Of a stretch of 64,000 bases of DNA, positions 28,252 to 41,731 are shown piece after piece (positions within the stretch are counted from its first letter, which is position 1; every line of letters starts with the position of its first letter). This DNA comes from Cystobasidiomycetes sp. EMM_F5 (Eukaryota): the NCBI GenBank assembly GCA_051047955.1, contig JBPGPT010000001.1, forward strand, positions 620,001 to 684,000, written 5' to 3'. The position numbers and the translations under genes are program-made. The notes under the pieces were generated by a model. The model made no database searches and was not told the DNA's origin. It saw nothing but the letters and a program-made list of their open reading frames with translations.

Positions 28252-31200
28252 CTAGAATTCCCAGTCGGCTTCAACATTCATTGCCCAGACTGTACGTACA
28301 GATCGTCAATGTGGCAATTAATGCAGTTTTCGCAATCCAGACTCACCAAACTTGGTTCGCAAAGTCTTTGCAAACATTTTCTCGATGGGGACATCGTGCT
28401 TCTTGCACCACGCAGCAGTGACGCGCGGATCCATATAGTTGATCTTGGAGGTAGTGAGAGATATTTCTTTACCTTCTTCCTTGTCGACAGCCGCAATCTT
28501 CTGTGCATCAATGCGCGCATCCATCTTGAGGATGGCATCGAGAATCTTGGCAGTCGTCTGACCTTTCTTTGCTTCCACATGCTCTTGCACGCGCTCTTCC
28601 TTCATCTCGCGGCCGTTCTCCTCTGCTGCATCGAGCATCTGTTGCAAGTCCTCTTCGTCATGTTCGGCTTCCCCGTCTGCTTTGCGCTTCTCATTGTCTT
28701 TCTCCCACTTCTTCCGGGCTTTCTGCTTCTGCAATTCAACTTGCTCCTTCTCGTACTTTTCGCACCAATCTTCGTCGATATCACTCTCCATAGCTTGATA
28801 CGCCTTGTGCTTCTTCTTGTTACCGTCTTCAACATTCCACAACGCGTATCGCAACTTCATGCGCTGGTATTTCAGCGCACGTACCTTGTCGGCTAGCTTC
28901 TCCATGGTTGCTCCATGCGTCTTTGGAGCAGCACGTTGATGGTTACACAACTCGGCGACCAATCGGTTTGCTCGGTTGTAATGCAGAATCTTGTCAGCGA
29001 CGCTTGCATCTGTTGGAGTATTGGCAAGCTGCTGCTGAAGGACGGTGGAAGCATTATAGGTACGGAACACTTTGGCAGATAGGCCTTCCATGTAACTTCC
29101 GAGGTACTTGTTGATGATGGTAGGCTGAGAAACAAAGCAATCCCGTCAATATTGGCTCTGTTAGTCGCACTAATGGGCAACTCACATTGACACGATCAAA
29201 CAGATCGTCTCCTTCCGAACTCTGCTTCTTGAAGATCTTCAAGTTTTTGAAAATTTGCAGATCGACCTCTTTGTCTGGCTGGTAGAATCGAATAGAATCT
29301 TTACCCAGGAAATCAAAAGTGACAAGATTGGGCTCCTTCAGAGTGATATGATCGTGTCGCAGCGAGCAACAGCCAAAAGTATCGGCTTCATCGTCACCCT
29401 TTTCGTTACCAACACGAAGCGCGAATCTATCGATGAGATAAACGGCAGTAGCTCTCTGACGTTCTGCCATAAGCTGGCTCGATAAATCGGCAGTGTAGTC
29501 TTTGCGTAGCTGATCGATATGGTCCTGAGATACGATGTATCAGACGGATGTAGGAGGATAAGATTAAATCATTTCACAGCAACTCACCTTGAGTTTGCGT
29601 GCCTTTTCAAACTTCTTCCAGTCCGCCTGGCCCTTCCAGCTACTGTTTGCAGCCAGAAATACGTACTTTGTTGCGCCATTAATATTTTCTTTCCATGTCG
29701 CCAGCCAGGTGACGGTATTGTCGTGCTGCACCTTTGCCCACTCCTGTCCTTCCGGAGGTTCCGGTACTTTGGCATCCTTGCCAATGTTGATGGTGATGTC
29801 TGATGCTTTCAGTCGGAGCTTGAGTGCGCCCTTCTTGGGATGCTCGCCTCGACCACGGAACAGACCTGGTGGTTCTAGTCGGAAATTGCCCACCGTTTCT
29901 TTACGTCCGTCAATCAAGGCCGTCTTGAATGGCTTCTCCAGCTCGGCCTTCTCGTTCTTGACTGTTTCCTTTTCGGCCTTTGTCATCTGCTTCTTCTTTT
30001 CCCTTTCGAGTTCATAATGATTGTAAATGTCGCGGAAGTCGAGACGGCCAAAGTCGTCTTTACCAATCTTGACCTTGTTTCGGGGAGGATGAGTCGAGAG
30101 AACGTCTCGGAAGTCTTTGAAGAAGTTGTTCTGGAAAGTCTCGTTCTTGGCATGATCCGTTTCCAACATTGCACCGAAAAAGCCAGCGACTTCTTCTGCT
30201 TCCGCGTCCAGATCGACAGGCTTGCCTACATGGCCGAATCATCTCAGTCAAGGTCGAGATGCGCGTGTTAAGTTGCTCACCATCATACTTGAGTTTCACA
30301 TTGCCTGGAAGGGGGGTATATTCTGGAGGGAACAGAACACCATTGTGCGAAAGGGTCGTCCACTTGGGTCCATCCGTTTGCTCCATGTCCCACCACTTGA
30401 ACTCCTCCTCTTCATCTTCTCCTCCTTCTCCATCTTCCTCCTTGGCCTTCGCTTTACCTTTCTTGTTCTTGCTGGAAGCGGCATCGCTAGCGTCGACAGA
30501 CTCTTCCTTCTTTACACGCTTCTTTGCCGGTTTGACATCTCCTTCCGTCTTGGCTTTGGTTGTCTTTTTAGACTTGAGGGGAACGTCCGAGTCTGAATCT
30601 TCCTGCTTTGCCCTCTTCTTGCTCGTACTGGCCTTTGGCGGTTTGGCAGCGCCATTCTTTTCAGCCTTCTTGCCATCAGCCTTCTTTTTGCCTTTCTTCA
30701 CGGGGAGTTCTTCTTCATCTGCGCTGAAATCCGAGTCCGCCTTTTTTGCCTTTTTGTTCTTCTTTGCAATGGGTTCACTGTCTTCAGAATCGCTTTCGCT
30801 GCCGTTCTGGCCAGACGAGCTCGTAGATGCTCGTTTCTTCGATTTTGCGGGTTTCCCGTTGGCTTTGCTTGTGCCAGCTTTGGCGACTTGAGCACTCAGA
30901 GGCTCATCTTCGTCTGAGGAGTCTTCCATATCCTCATCTTCATTATCCTTACGCGACTTGCCCTTGCTCTCCTTCTTCTTCTCGTCTGTCTTTGTACTCT
31001 TTTTCGCGTCGTCCTTCTTGAACGAGGGCAAGGCATCTTTGCCATTCGTGGCTTTTGCCTTTCCATTCAGAGTTGCAGACAGCGGTTTATCATCGTCGCT
31101 GCTCTCTTCTCCGTCGACCGGCACCTTTGATTCCGCGGCATTAGCCTTGGCGTGGTTCGCGTGTGCACCGGTAGATGAGATAGCGTTGGTCACTGCTACG

Positions 31201-31655
31201 GGAAAGCCAGACGCGGCAATCTCGTGTCGCAGGTGGGCATCCTCTAGTTCTGGCTTTGGCTGAATCGACTTCTGTTGGAACAAATTGCAGCCGAGTGGGC
31301 GCGGTACATGTCAGTCACGGTTCTACACGGCATGCAGTGGTTGTACAGCGGTCGACTGTGACGGAATCACGTCTGCGCTGGAACGCGACTCTGAAAGGGG
31401 CCAGCCGGGCATTGGACACAACAAACTTGCCTGGTCGGGATGACCTGCTTGATGGAGCAGAATGGAGCCAGTAGCAACAGCCTCAGCGTGCGAAGCGGAC
31501 GTAGACTTTGCCTCTCCCGCAGAGGGAACGCTCGTATTGTTTGAGCCGCTGCTGCTGCTCCCAAGAGTCGCCGAAAGCGGTGCGTCCTCGTCGCTGCTGT
31601 CGTTGTCGGATTCCGATATAACGCGCTTCTTGTACGGCTTGTTGGTGGTGGACAT
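28252..31655 (-). CDS. TOP1: DNA topoisomerase I (type IB)
   Basis: Charged N-terminal region, [46 protein letters not shown], catalytic SKINYMDPR and C-terminus [11 protein letters not shown]. Confidence 0.98.
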
Positions 31656-31824
31656 GGCTGGATGTGCGAGGGCCACGTCCAGCGCAGTCTGCGCCAGGCA
31701 GTCTTCGCTTCAGTCAGAGCAGAGGAGAGCTGAGCAAAAGATGCAAGATCAAATCCAGTGAGCCTTTCGCAGACGCCGACTTGCACCTCAGCGCTGCGAT
31801 TAGGCAAGCACTCTTGCCAACAAA

Positions 31825-32240
31825 ATGTCGTCGCCGTACAGAGGTATGTTTGCAGTCTGGCTGTTTGAGATCCGGCTGGGCTGATACGGGACATTGCTCC
31901 AGACCCTTGGGCAGCTCGGGAAGCATGGCGAAAGGCAAGCTCAATACGGTCTTGTTTCTACGGACACGCTGCAGAAATACGCATGATGGTCCCTCTTCGC
32001 TGACGCTGTCCACATTCTGCACAGCACCCCGTATTCTCGAAAAGGTCAATGTACGGTAGCATGTTCCCAGGTCTCGGGATAGCCATCGTCGCATTCGGTG
32101 CATACGTCCTCGTTGACAACCTCGTACACCCTTCAAACATCGAGCAGCTAAAGCAGCAAGCGAAAGCCTCAGCAGAGAGGCCGAGTCTCCTGAGCCTGTT
32201 ACAAGGGAAAAAGCAACCCACGCAAGGCGGCGAGCAGTGA
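31825..32240 (+). CDS. NDUFB3: Complex I accessory subunit B12 (NDUFB3), 3 exons
   Basis: Exons 31825-31843, 31903-31934 and 32025-32240 give MSSPYRDPWAAREAWRKHPVFSKRSMYGSMFPGLGIAIVAFGAYV... Confidence 0.9.
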
Positions 32241-32586
32241 AGGTGGTTGTGTTAGGTGAGCGGGCGCACCTTATTCGTACTTATCCGAGACTGAACGCGG
32301 ATCTCGTTCACAGCCAAACTTGTACAATACGGAGTAGCGTTCGTGGCAATTCATCATGCGTCTTGCGCTGACGCAGTATCGGACCGTGCTACGTTGCTGT
32401 TGCATATGTAGTTGATCGAGAGTCTGTGCGAACGCGGCTCTGCTGCCAGCGACAAGAGATCATCCGTAGCGCAATGCGAGTTGCAGCCATCTTTTATCCA
32501 ATAATATGACAACAGGACACGCGAAAACTACTGCCAACATGCTGATCCATACAGTCGAGATGCCCCGGCTCTGAGTGGGCGATCTC

Positions 32587-33457
32587 CTATGCTTCCCACT
32601 TCTCCACTCCTGACAACCAGGGCATTCTGCCGTCGTCCAATGGTGCACCTCTCCAACTACCCATCTGTCTGACCACTTCTATAGCTTTTCGTACATTCCG
32701 CTTCCCAACCTTCAGGTTGCGTGAGCCGAAAAAGTGACCTTTGGCTTGTGCGGGACAGTCCAGAGCGGCACTGAGCAAAATGGATCAGACACCAATGTAA
32801 AGGAACAGTAATCGCGCTTTACAGCGTCACTACTCACCATCCCGTGAATTCCAACAACACCGTCTCTCTCCAGCTCATCACGTCATCTCGCGATAGATTT
32901 GCCCCGTAGAGCTCGTTGACAATCATTTCGGCTAGATCCGGTGAGCTTTCTCCTATCCGGTCAATGATAGCCTGCGCGTGTCGTTCATAGATTGCAGAAA
33001 AGAACTCCCAGCCAGCTTTAGCATCTTGTTCAGCTGTTCTCGCTCGCTTTTGTGATTCTTTTGGCATGGCTGCCAATATTTCCTCTCGCTTGGGATGCTT
33101 CAATATTTCTGTATGCATAGCTTCGAGCGCATTGGAGACTTGTACTACGCCCACTAGTGGTGTAGCTTTGAAGAGAGCTGCTCGGATCCGCGCCACCATT
33201 GTTGCAGCCGGAATGTCCTTGTGCGTACGAGTCTGGTCGACAAAGTAGAGAAAGATGCGTGCAAAGTCTGAAGGTTCGTTGCGAGGAATTGCACAAATTG
33301 CGACAAGACACGGAAGCATGCTGTTGTTCAGGCCATCCTGTTGACCGTCGGCTCCGTTGTAGAAGGCATCTCCGGCTCGTTCGTCGCGGTCGGCTGCATA
33401 ATACTCCTCCAGGCGTGCGAGCACAGTCTCTAGGGGCTCATTCTCAGGCTTGGGCAT
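32587..33457 (-). CDS. AhpD/carboxymuconolactone decarboxylase-like protein, 2 exons
   Basis: RIRAALFKATPLVGV, GWEFFSAIY, PDLAEMIVNELYGANLS and the exon 2 sequence CPAQAKGHFFGSRN. Confidence 0.72.
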
Positions 33458-33581
33458 CGTGCAAAGCTCGTAGAGTCGCGATAGACCGAAGGAAAGCTAT
33501 TCGCCTGACAATTAGCCACCGCTCATATTTAGATCACGGCTCCTCCGTCCGAGCGTGAACCGCGACTGCTATTGACATGAT

Positions 33582-35569
33582 TCACGAGCCTTCACTGCGG
33601 CCTGTATTATTGCGATTCAAGTACTGATTCAATCGCTCACGGCCGCTCCACCCGCCATGCACCGTCTCCCATTCTGCCAGCTTATTCATGTCAATTTGCT
33701 TGCCCGCAAAGCTATCGTCGTCTTGAAGAAAGTTACAGTGCTGGAGTTCCGGCGGAAGGAATGTCTGATGGACCGGGTGAGCGTAATCCGGCTCGTATCT
33801 GTCATACGCTTCTCAGCGGGAGCACACAGCGTGCTTGTGATGAGACTCACAGATATTCTCTGCCATAGTCCAATTTCTTCATCAGGGCCGTCGGTGCGTT
33901 TCGTATGTGCAACGGCACAGGATATTGTTGTTCGTTCTTGACCAAAGCTCTCGCAGCATTGTATGCCTTGTATACGCGTACCGACTTTTTGGCCTCAGCG
34001 AGATATACTGCGCACTCTGCCATGATGCAATCGCATTCAGGCATCCCCACCAAGAGAACGGCCTGATACGTTGACATTGCCTATACACTCGTTAGCGCTT
34101 CATACAGTCATAAAGCTGACGCTCTGACCAAAGTAAGAGCCGCGGGGTCTGCTAATCCAACGTCTTCAACAGCCATGCGAACCATCCTCCGAGTAATGTA
34201 AAGCGGGTCTTCGCCGCCTTCAAGCATACGCGCTAGCCAATATAGAGCTGCATCGCCATCGGATCCACGTATGCTTTTGTGTAGAGCAGAGATGGTATCG
34301 TAGTGCGCGTCTCCCGTCCGGTCATACTGCAAATGCGCTTTGAGAAGGCTTTCCTTCAGGTTTGCTTTGCTTATACTACTGCCAGACTTGAGCGCCAGCT
34401 CCAATGTAGACAGAGCGATACGAGCATCTCCGTCTGCTGCAGCTGCTAGGAATGCCAGAAGATCATCATCGATTGAGTCCGAAACATCTCTACCTTGATC
34501 TTCTATTGACACATGTTGTTCGCGGTATAGTCGCAGTGCGCGTCGTAACACCAGCTCGCACTCCTTCGGAGTAAGCTTTTGTAAGACAAAAACTCTACAC
34601 CGACTGAGCAGGGCGTTCTGCAGTCGAAAACTTGGATTTTCCGTCGTAGCTAGTAAGCAGGTAATGATCCCTGCTTCAATGTGCGGGAGAAAGAGATCTT
34701 GTATGTTCTTCGTTAGGCCTGGACCGCATGGCATTAGGATATAGATTGCTGCGCCGTGGAGAATACACATACGCTGGCACTCATCGATAAATAGGAGAGT
34801 CTTCTTTCTGGACACAGTAAACGTATGCGCACATGTCAGACTACCGGAAAAGCCTTCAGTAATGATCCTGCTCACCCGGTCAATCGCAATTGATTTGCAG
34901 CTTCGTCAAAAGCCTTCCGTAGCTCCTGCGCACTCGTATGCGTAGCCGAGATCTCTCGAAAGCTCGACTTGGTCTGTGCGGCGATGACCCGCGCAAGAGT
35001 CGTCTGCCCCGGCAAGTCAGACTTGATATCGTCATGTGAAGAGGAAGATAAATACTTTGCCAGTTCCAGGCGGGCCCCACAGTATTAAGCTTCCTATAGT
35101 AAGAATGAATCTGCAGGTCAATGACTGTTGATCCTGACCGGTAAGCGCAGTCGCCTCGCTTCGCACCTACGGCATCGCGATCTATGAGGTTGCGCAGAAG
35201 TGCACCGGAGCCAAGCAAGTGTGTTTGACCCACAACATCGTCCAGAGAGCTTGGTCGGACCCGATCAGCCAAAGGTTTCGCTGCTTCGACTGCCGAGGAT
35301 GCCTTGTAGCGTTTAGATTGCGAGGAAATACTATCGTCTGCCTTGCGCTTCCCGGAGTTCCTCGATACCGGCTTGGAAAAGATGCTGGCGACGGCGCTTG
35401 CTGTATTCACATTCGAAGAGGAGGAGGATGTCGAAGGGACAGGCTTGCAGCCGAGATCAATGTGTGCGGCCAATTCATTATCCAGTATGAGATCTTCGCA
35501 ATGTGGGCTGTATTAAGTTAGTCTGGGACGACTTTGCACGGCAAGCACGCACCACTCGACTATCGTCAT
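33582..35569 (-). CDS. MGS1: AAA+ ATPase Mgs1/WRNIP1 with N-terminal UBZ zinc finger
   Basis: Spliced N-terminus MTIVECPHC...AAHIDLGC, PLADRVRP, Walker A WGPPGTGKTT, LFIDE, ATTENPSF, HYDTISALHKSIRGSD and VPLHIRNAPT. Confidence 0.95.
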
Positions 35570-35857
35570 GTGTCAGCTCATATGGTACACTCGCAAACAG
35601 TGCCGCTCACCAAGCTGATTTTCCATGATTGTTTATCGTACCAACGCGTAGAGCTCGTCACAGCGCATAAACTGGGCCACTTTGTCCAGGACACTCAGGG
35701 CCACGAATCGGAGTGCAGAGTACGAGGATTCCGGTTTCTTTACGGTTTCTGGTACGTACAGCTTATGACCGAAGGGAAGAGTCGTGGAGGAACAACAAAT
35801 TGCAAAAACAGAGAACTCGCTCAGACCGACTACATCAATGCGAATGGGGTGCAAGCC

Positions 35858-36392
35858 ATGCCGGTAAATGTAGTCGTCAAGCCTTGTTCCACTCTGCAGC
35901 ACACCGTCTCCAAGCCTGCCCACCATTATGTCAAGTTGTCCATAACGCCGCATGATGGAGATGCTGGACTGCCGATGGATCTGGCAACACTGATGCTCCT
36001 GCTCAACAAGGCAGTCACGGAAGCGTTCGGAACGATAGGAGGGGCGGCAATATCCGCGCTGTCTGGCCAGGGTCTGGAGATTGTATCGTTGCAACGGCAT
36101 GGTGACAATGGCCTCAGCAGGATAGCCATACTAAAGGTGGAGAGCGGGTAGGCGACCGTTTCAAAAGCCAATCGACAACGCGCGATACTGACAGTGCGCT
36201 GAACCTCGTGACTTCCGGACCCGTAGTTCCGTCACTCCTCTGATAGCAACGCTGCCATTTTCGACCGCAACCGAGAATTACTCTTTCGACATACTAGGCC
36301 ATTCACCGTCACTAGCACTCGCCAAGGCCGCTGCTCACCCAAGCCAGCAGCCCGGTAGCTTGCCATGGCTGTCGACATTTGACAAATTATGA
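35858..36392 (+). CDS. POP8: RNase P/MRP subunit Pop8/Rpp14-like, 2 exons
   Basis: HYVKLSI...DLATLMLLLNKAVTEAFGTIGGA...IAILKV, then after the intron VTPLIATL...FDILGHSPSL. This pattern fits the fungal Pop8-like family. Confidence 0.6.
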
Positions 36393-36635
36393 CTTTAGGA
36401 TGCGTCGACGGACTCGGTCTATACTCGAACTCGCAGAGCGGGTCGCACGGTTCAATCTCAAGCAGATGCCAGCGATTACAGACACTCTCAAAGGCAAGAT
36501 TTGGGCAGCAGCGGTGCACCGGATACAGCGATATCATAAGCCTGGCATGTTCTTCATTTTGCTTCACCACTGTCATGTCGAAGCCATCCAACGGTCATAG
36601 GCCGCTGGTAATAACGGGCCTACTCTCCTACACTC

Positions 36636-38180
36636 TCACGCGTGGCCCTTGATGCTCTGGGAGACGTACGGCTCCGAAATGTATTTGATCTGTTCAGGGG
36701 ACAGCTTGGTGTTGACGGATTCTATCAACGGAGATGGACGCGCGACGATCAGCTCTGGGATCATTCAACCCGATACCGACGTGAGAGATAGCTCACCGAT
36801 AGCTTCAACCAGATGATCAATTTTTGTTGCTCCGACAATCGGTGCAGTCACATAATCTTGAGCCAATACCCAAGCGTACGCTACTTGTGCCATGCTCGCA
36901 TTGACGTCTTTGGCGACCTTTTCAATGCGCTTATTGATTTCCTTTGCCGCTTCGGCTTGGACATCGTTAAACTTGTCAAAGACAGCATCCGTGCCAGAAG
37001 AGCGGGTAGTAGCACGGGTGTCGGACAGTGGACGGGCCAGGACTGCGGGGAGGCGCAATCTGTCAATTTTGCCTAATGGTCGGTTTAGTGGGCAAATTGC
37101 CTACATCCTCGTGCGATAGGACTCCATGGGATGCAACCGACACCACTGCAGCGAAAAATGCACATTAGTGCGTGGGTAAGAACGGTCCAGTCTGTTGTAA
37201 CCTACAAGTGCTTCAGGGTAGGCACCATCTCGCGCTCTTCCTCTCGATAGATGGCATTGACAAAGTTCTGCATGCTGATGAATGGAGTGAGCTTGTTTTG
37301 GATTGCGTAGGCTTTATTTGACGTCAGTACAGGCACAGAGCTTGGACATGCTGTAATCACACTCACATTGCATCTGCCAGAATTGCCAAGCGTAGCACGA
37401 GCTCATGCCTACGTATCTAACGTAGCCGGCCTGTACTACGTCATGCAGAGCCTGCATGGTCTCCTCAATAGGCGTTTCGTAGTCGAAGCGATGGCACTGA
37501 AGGACATCGATGTATGGGGTGTCTAGTCGCTTGAGCGAATTGTGAACGGCATCAAAGATATGCTAAACGAGACATGTCAACATATGAGGCAAGGACTGGG
37601 AAATTTGGCTTGTTTACCTTGCGGGACAAACCACGCTGATTTACGTAGCCTGCCTCATCGAGACCAGACATCGGAGGCTTCGCCCCTCCAATCTGACCGG
37701 CGAGCAAAGGTTGATAACATTTGGTCAGGATGACATACTGCTCACGCGTAGCATTGAGCTTCTTGAGCGATTTGCCTAGCATGACCTGCAAAGACAAGGC
37801 TGCTTTAAGATGCATAGATCAGATCATGGGATGGGAGGGTTACCTCGGAAGCGCCTTGCGAGTACATATCAGCTGTATCGAATGTGTTGCCTGCAATTGT
37901 CGTCAGCCAATTCCCAAACGCTCTGGATTGTTAGCATTACCGCCATGTTCCCAGAACTTCTGGACGTGTTTGTCGCATTCTTCCTGTCCGACCACCCAGC
38001 CGGCCCATTCGGGGTCTCCGTAAGACATCCTATCGCCATCACCTTCTCAGCGTTGTTTGCCTAGTGACGGATCACGGGGAAATCAACTGACATTCCCAAG
38101 ATGATTTTTGACACCTTGAGGCCCGAGTTACCGAGGCGAGTGTAGCCAATGAATGTCTTTCCCTCTTGCTTAGCTGCCAT
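36636..38180 (-). CDS. Aldo-keto reductase (aryl-alcohol dehydrogenase-like)
   Basis: [56 protein letters not shown] and [13 protein letters not shown]. Confidence 0.92.
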
Positions 38181-38611
38181 TGTGAGTCGTCGCGGAAGCC
38201 TGCGGGAACACCATGATGTCAGGAGAAGCACGGCAGCAGGGTTGGCGGGCAGAACGGAGGCGCACGCGGTGGTGTGATGGTCTCCTGGATGATATAATGA
38301 GCTGCTGTGATGTGGGAGGGAGGGAAAGAGAAGGCGCAGCGTCGTCCGTAGGTTCACTTTCGAACAAATCATCCGAAGAGTCGGCGTTTAGACTTCGGCA
38401 CTGGACGGCAACTTTTTGAACGTTGATTCAGCTAAAGATCCGCGACATGGAAATGTGGTGGAGGACTGTATGCTCTTTATAGCTCCCGTATTTCAGCAGC
38501 CTGAAATACAAGCTTACTAGCCGTCATTCGGACCCATTGCCGGGCTGATCGAGTTGGCAGGCTTCCAGCCATAACTTACTGGCTACCCTCTCACCAAGAT
38601 CAGACATCCGT

Positions 38612-41364
38612 ATGGTGGGTAACATGGTCGACAATCACATTCTGCTTATCGACAACTACGATTCGTGGGTTCAGGGTAGCAGATTCGGAATGGCTTTCCA
38701 GGCTGACTCGAGCGGACATACCATTGCTGCTACAGCTTGTAAGCAGATCATTCTCGAGGCTGAATCGCAGTCTCATTAACACGTCATTCCAGCTCTTGGA
38801 ACGTATACCAGTTCCTTAGCCTCCAGGGCGCAAATGTGACGGTCGTCCGGTCTAGAGACAAGACGCTCGACGAGGTCAAGGAAGAATACCCAGATATTAC
38901 CCACCTCGTCATCTCCCCCGGCCCAGGACATCCACTGCGGGACTCAGGAATCAGCATACCCGCTATCAAGCATTATGCCGGCAAGATTCCAATCCTCGGC
39001 GTGTGCATGGGGCTGCAGTGCATTTATGCGGCCTACGGCGGGTCAGTCGACCGTGTAGGAGAGATTGTACATGGAAAGACCAGCAAGATTATACATGATG
39101 GCAAAGGAATGTTCAAAGACGTGCCGGAGGAGATTAAAGGAACTCGGTACCACTCGCTGGCTGGCTCGTTCTCAACCTTGCCGCAAGAATTGGAAGTATC
39201 ATGCAGGACGCCAAGAATCGGGCAGGTCTACGATGCAAAAAGAGCAGATGAAGGGATAGTCATGGGCATTAGACACAAGAAGCTCACGCTCGAGTCTGTG
39301 CAATACCACCCAGAATCAATTTTGTCTGATGCTGGACAAGTCATGCTTGCAAACTTCATGAAGCTCCGGGGAGGAAGCTGGGAAGAAAATGTTGGATTTG
39401 GACTGTCGGCGAGGGAGAAATCGAAGGAAAATGGGGTTCAGACGCCCACATCGAGCAAGAAAAACCCGTCTCCAGAAAGCGCTCCCACAATTCTTACGCG
39501 CATCTATGACCAACGAAGACAAGACGTGGAGACTGCAAAGAAGACGCCAGGATCATATCAGTCTGATCTGACAGCTCTTCTCGACTTACATATCGCACCC
39601 CCTCAAATATCGTTTTATGATCGCTTGTTACCGTCAGCGAACTCGCAGCCTTCTGGTTCAAAAAGCCAGTTGCATCCATCTTCTGGAGATGCTGCTCTTA
39701 TGGCTGAAGTTAAGCGGGCTTCTCCATCCAAGGGTGATATCCTTCCGGCCTCCTCACCCCTCACAGCAGCGACTATCGGATTGTCATATGCACAAGCTGG
39801 AGCATCTGTCATTTCGGTACTGACTGAGCCGACCTGGTTCAAAGGGACATTGAACGACATGCGTGCCGTCAGACAAGTTGTCTCGACACTTCCGCATCGA
39901 CCAGCAGTCCTTCGCAAAGACTTCATATTCGATACCTACCAGATTGACGAAGCCCGGCTGTACGGAGCCGATACAATCCTGCTCATCGTTGCTATGCTTG
40001 ATGATACGACACTCAAAAAACTGTATGATTACGCCCGATTTGTGCGGGGAATGGAACCGCTCGTCGAAGTAAACAATCCCGAAGAATTGCAGCGCGCGTT
40101 GGCTATCGGAGCAAAAGTTATCGGAGTCAACAATCGCAATCTGCACGATTTCAACGTCGATATGAGTACAACGTCGCGGATCGCCGAGGTCGTGAATCAG
40201 CAGCAGCAGCATCAGCAAACCAACGGCAGTCAAGCGGTCGATGATCGTAAAGTCATACTGTGTGCTTTATCGGGCATTACTGGACGAGACGACGTTGTCA
40301 GATATGTACAGCAGGGTGTTGGAGCGGTCCTTGTAGGAGAAGCGCTGATGCGTGCTGAAGATCAAGGAGCATTCGTGCGTACGCTACTCGGCATTGACGA
40401 AGCTACACCCCATAGCAAGCCAAAAACAAGACGAGCATCCCTTACTGCCCCACCCGATTCTTTCAGTCCGCCATCGGACGCTCCGACTGAGGAGACCGTT
40501 CCGACAAACATGCCAGCGGAGGCAAATTCATACAAGCCGCTCGTCAAGATCTGTGGTGTCAAGACGCCAGAGGCTGCTTTAGCTGCTGCTGAAGGGGGAG
40601 CAGATTTTGTTGGCTTGATCTTTGCACCCAAGAGTAAACGGTACGTCACTCCCGAACAGGCTCGGCGGGTTGTCGATGCCGTCAGGCAAAGGACGGCGTC
40701 GTTTCACGATAGACAGACAACAACTCACGGCAAAGCATCCACCATTGGCCAAAACGAAGATGATACATCAGTCTCTTCTGACTACTTTGAAAGTCAAGCT
40801 CGACGACTCAGTCACTCGCGCAGGAAACCGCTCTTCGTTGGCGTCTTCCAGAATGCGCCGCTTTCGACTATAGAAGAGGTTGCGGATACGGTACATCTGG
40901 ACGTCGTGCAGCTGCATGGATCGGAGCCTGCCGAGTGGTGCCAATTACTCAAAATCCCGACATTCAAAGCTTTCCATGTGGACGAATCACTAGCCGAAGA
41001 CGATCTGGACAAGACCTCTGGAGAGGGTGATGCAGCTACGAAACTTGCATTGCATGAAGCTGCTCGACCTGGATATCATAGCATACCCTTGCTTGACACC
41101 AAACTTTCAAAGGCTGCTGGCGGTCTGAGCGGTGGGGCAGGCAAAGTGTTTGATTGGCAGGTTGCGCGAAATCTGTGCCAGACTGACCGTCCAGGCCTGC
41201 CCATCATTCTTGCGGGAGGGTTGGAAGTCCACAATGTCGCTAACGCCGTCAAGATGGTCAGACCCTGGGCGTTGGACGTTAGCGGAGGAGTGGAGACCAA
41301 GGGCGAGAAGGACCTGGACAAGATCCGAGACTTCATAAGAGCGGCAAAAGGTGCCGTACCATAA
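38612..41364 (+). CDS. TRP1: Trifunctional tryptophan synthesis protein (GATase-IGPS-PRAI; TrpC type)
   Basis: LLIDNYDSFSWN (through a microexon), ISPGPG, LGVCMG, QYHPES, AEVKRASPSKG, LRKDFI, GVNNRNL, VKICG and LDVSGGVE. Confidence 0.98.
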
Positions 41365-41731
41365 CTTCAGCCGCGGACACCGGGCGAGTCTCCAGTCTCG
41401 GTCTTTCGAATGACACCTTCGTCAGCATCAGCGTCACCACCGCCACGATTGAACGGACTTGGATTACGTTTTTTTAAACGGTGCTGCTAGAAATGGTGCC
41501 CTCTGCATATCCAACGTTGTATCGTTCCGTGCCGTCTGCTCGTTATCCCAGCCAGGTTTTCGCCGCTATCACGACTTACATTTCGGCCGTCTTTATCCCC
41601 AGATTTTGCCCATCAGCTGTGCCAGCCTGAACACGACAACGACGAGCAAAGACCACTTAGCGCAGCAGCGGCGCACAGGCTTGGACGTCGGAAACGGACA
41701 GCACGGTCACCGTTGCCGCCCACACCCAGTC

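Noticed and set aside
28231..30891. Long plus-strand ORFs (221 aa, 240 aa and others)
   Set aside because: They are antisense shadows of the charged, codon-biased TOP1 exons.
38703..38709. Gcn4-like TGACTC in TRP1 intron 1
   Set aside because: It coincides with the CTGAC branch point and is fully explained by it.
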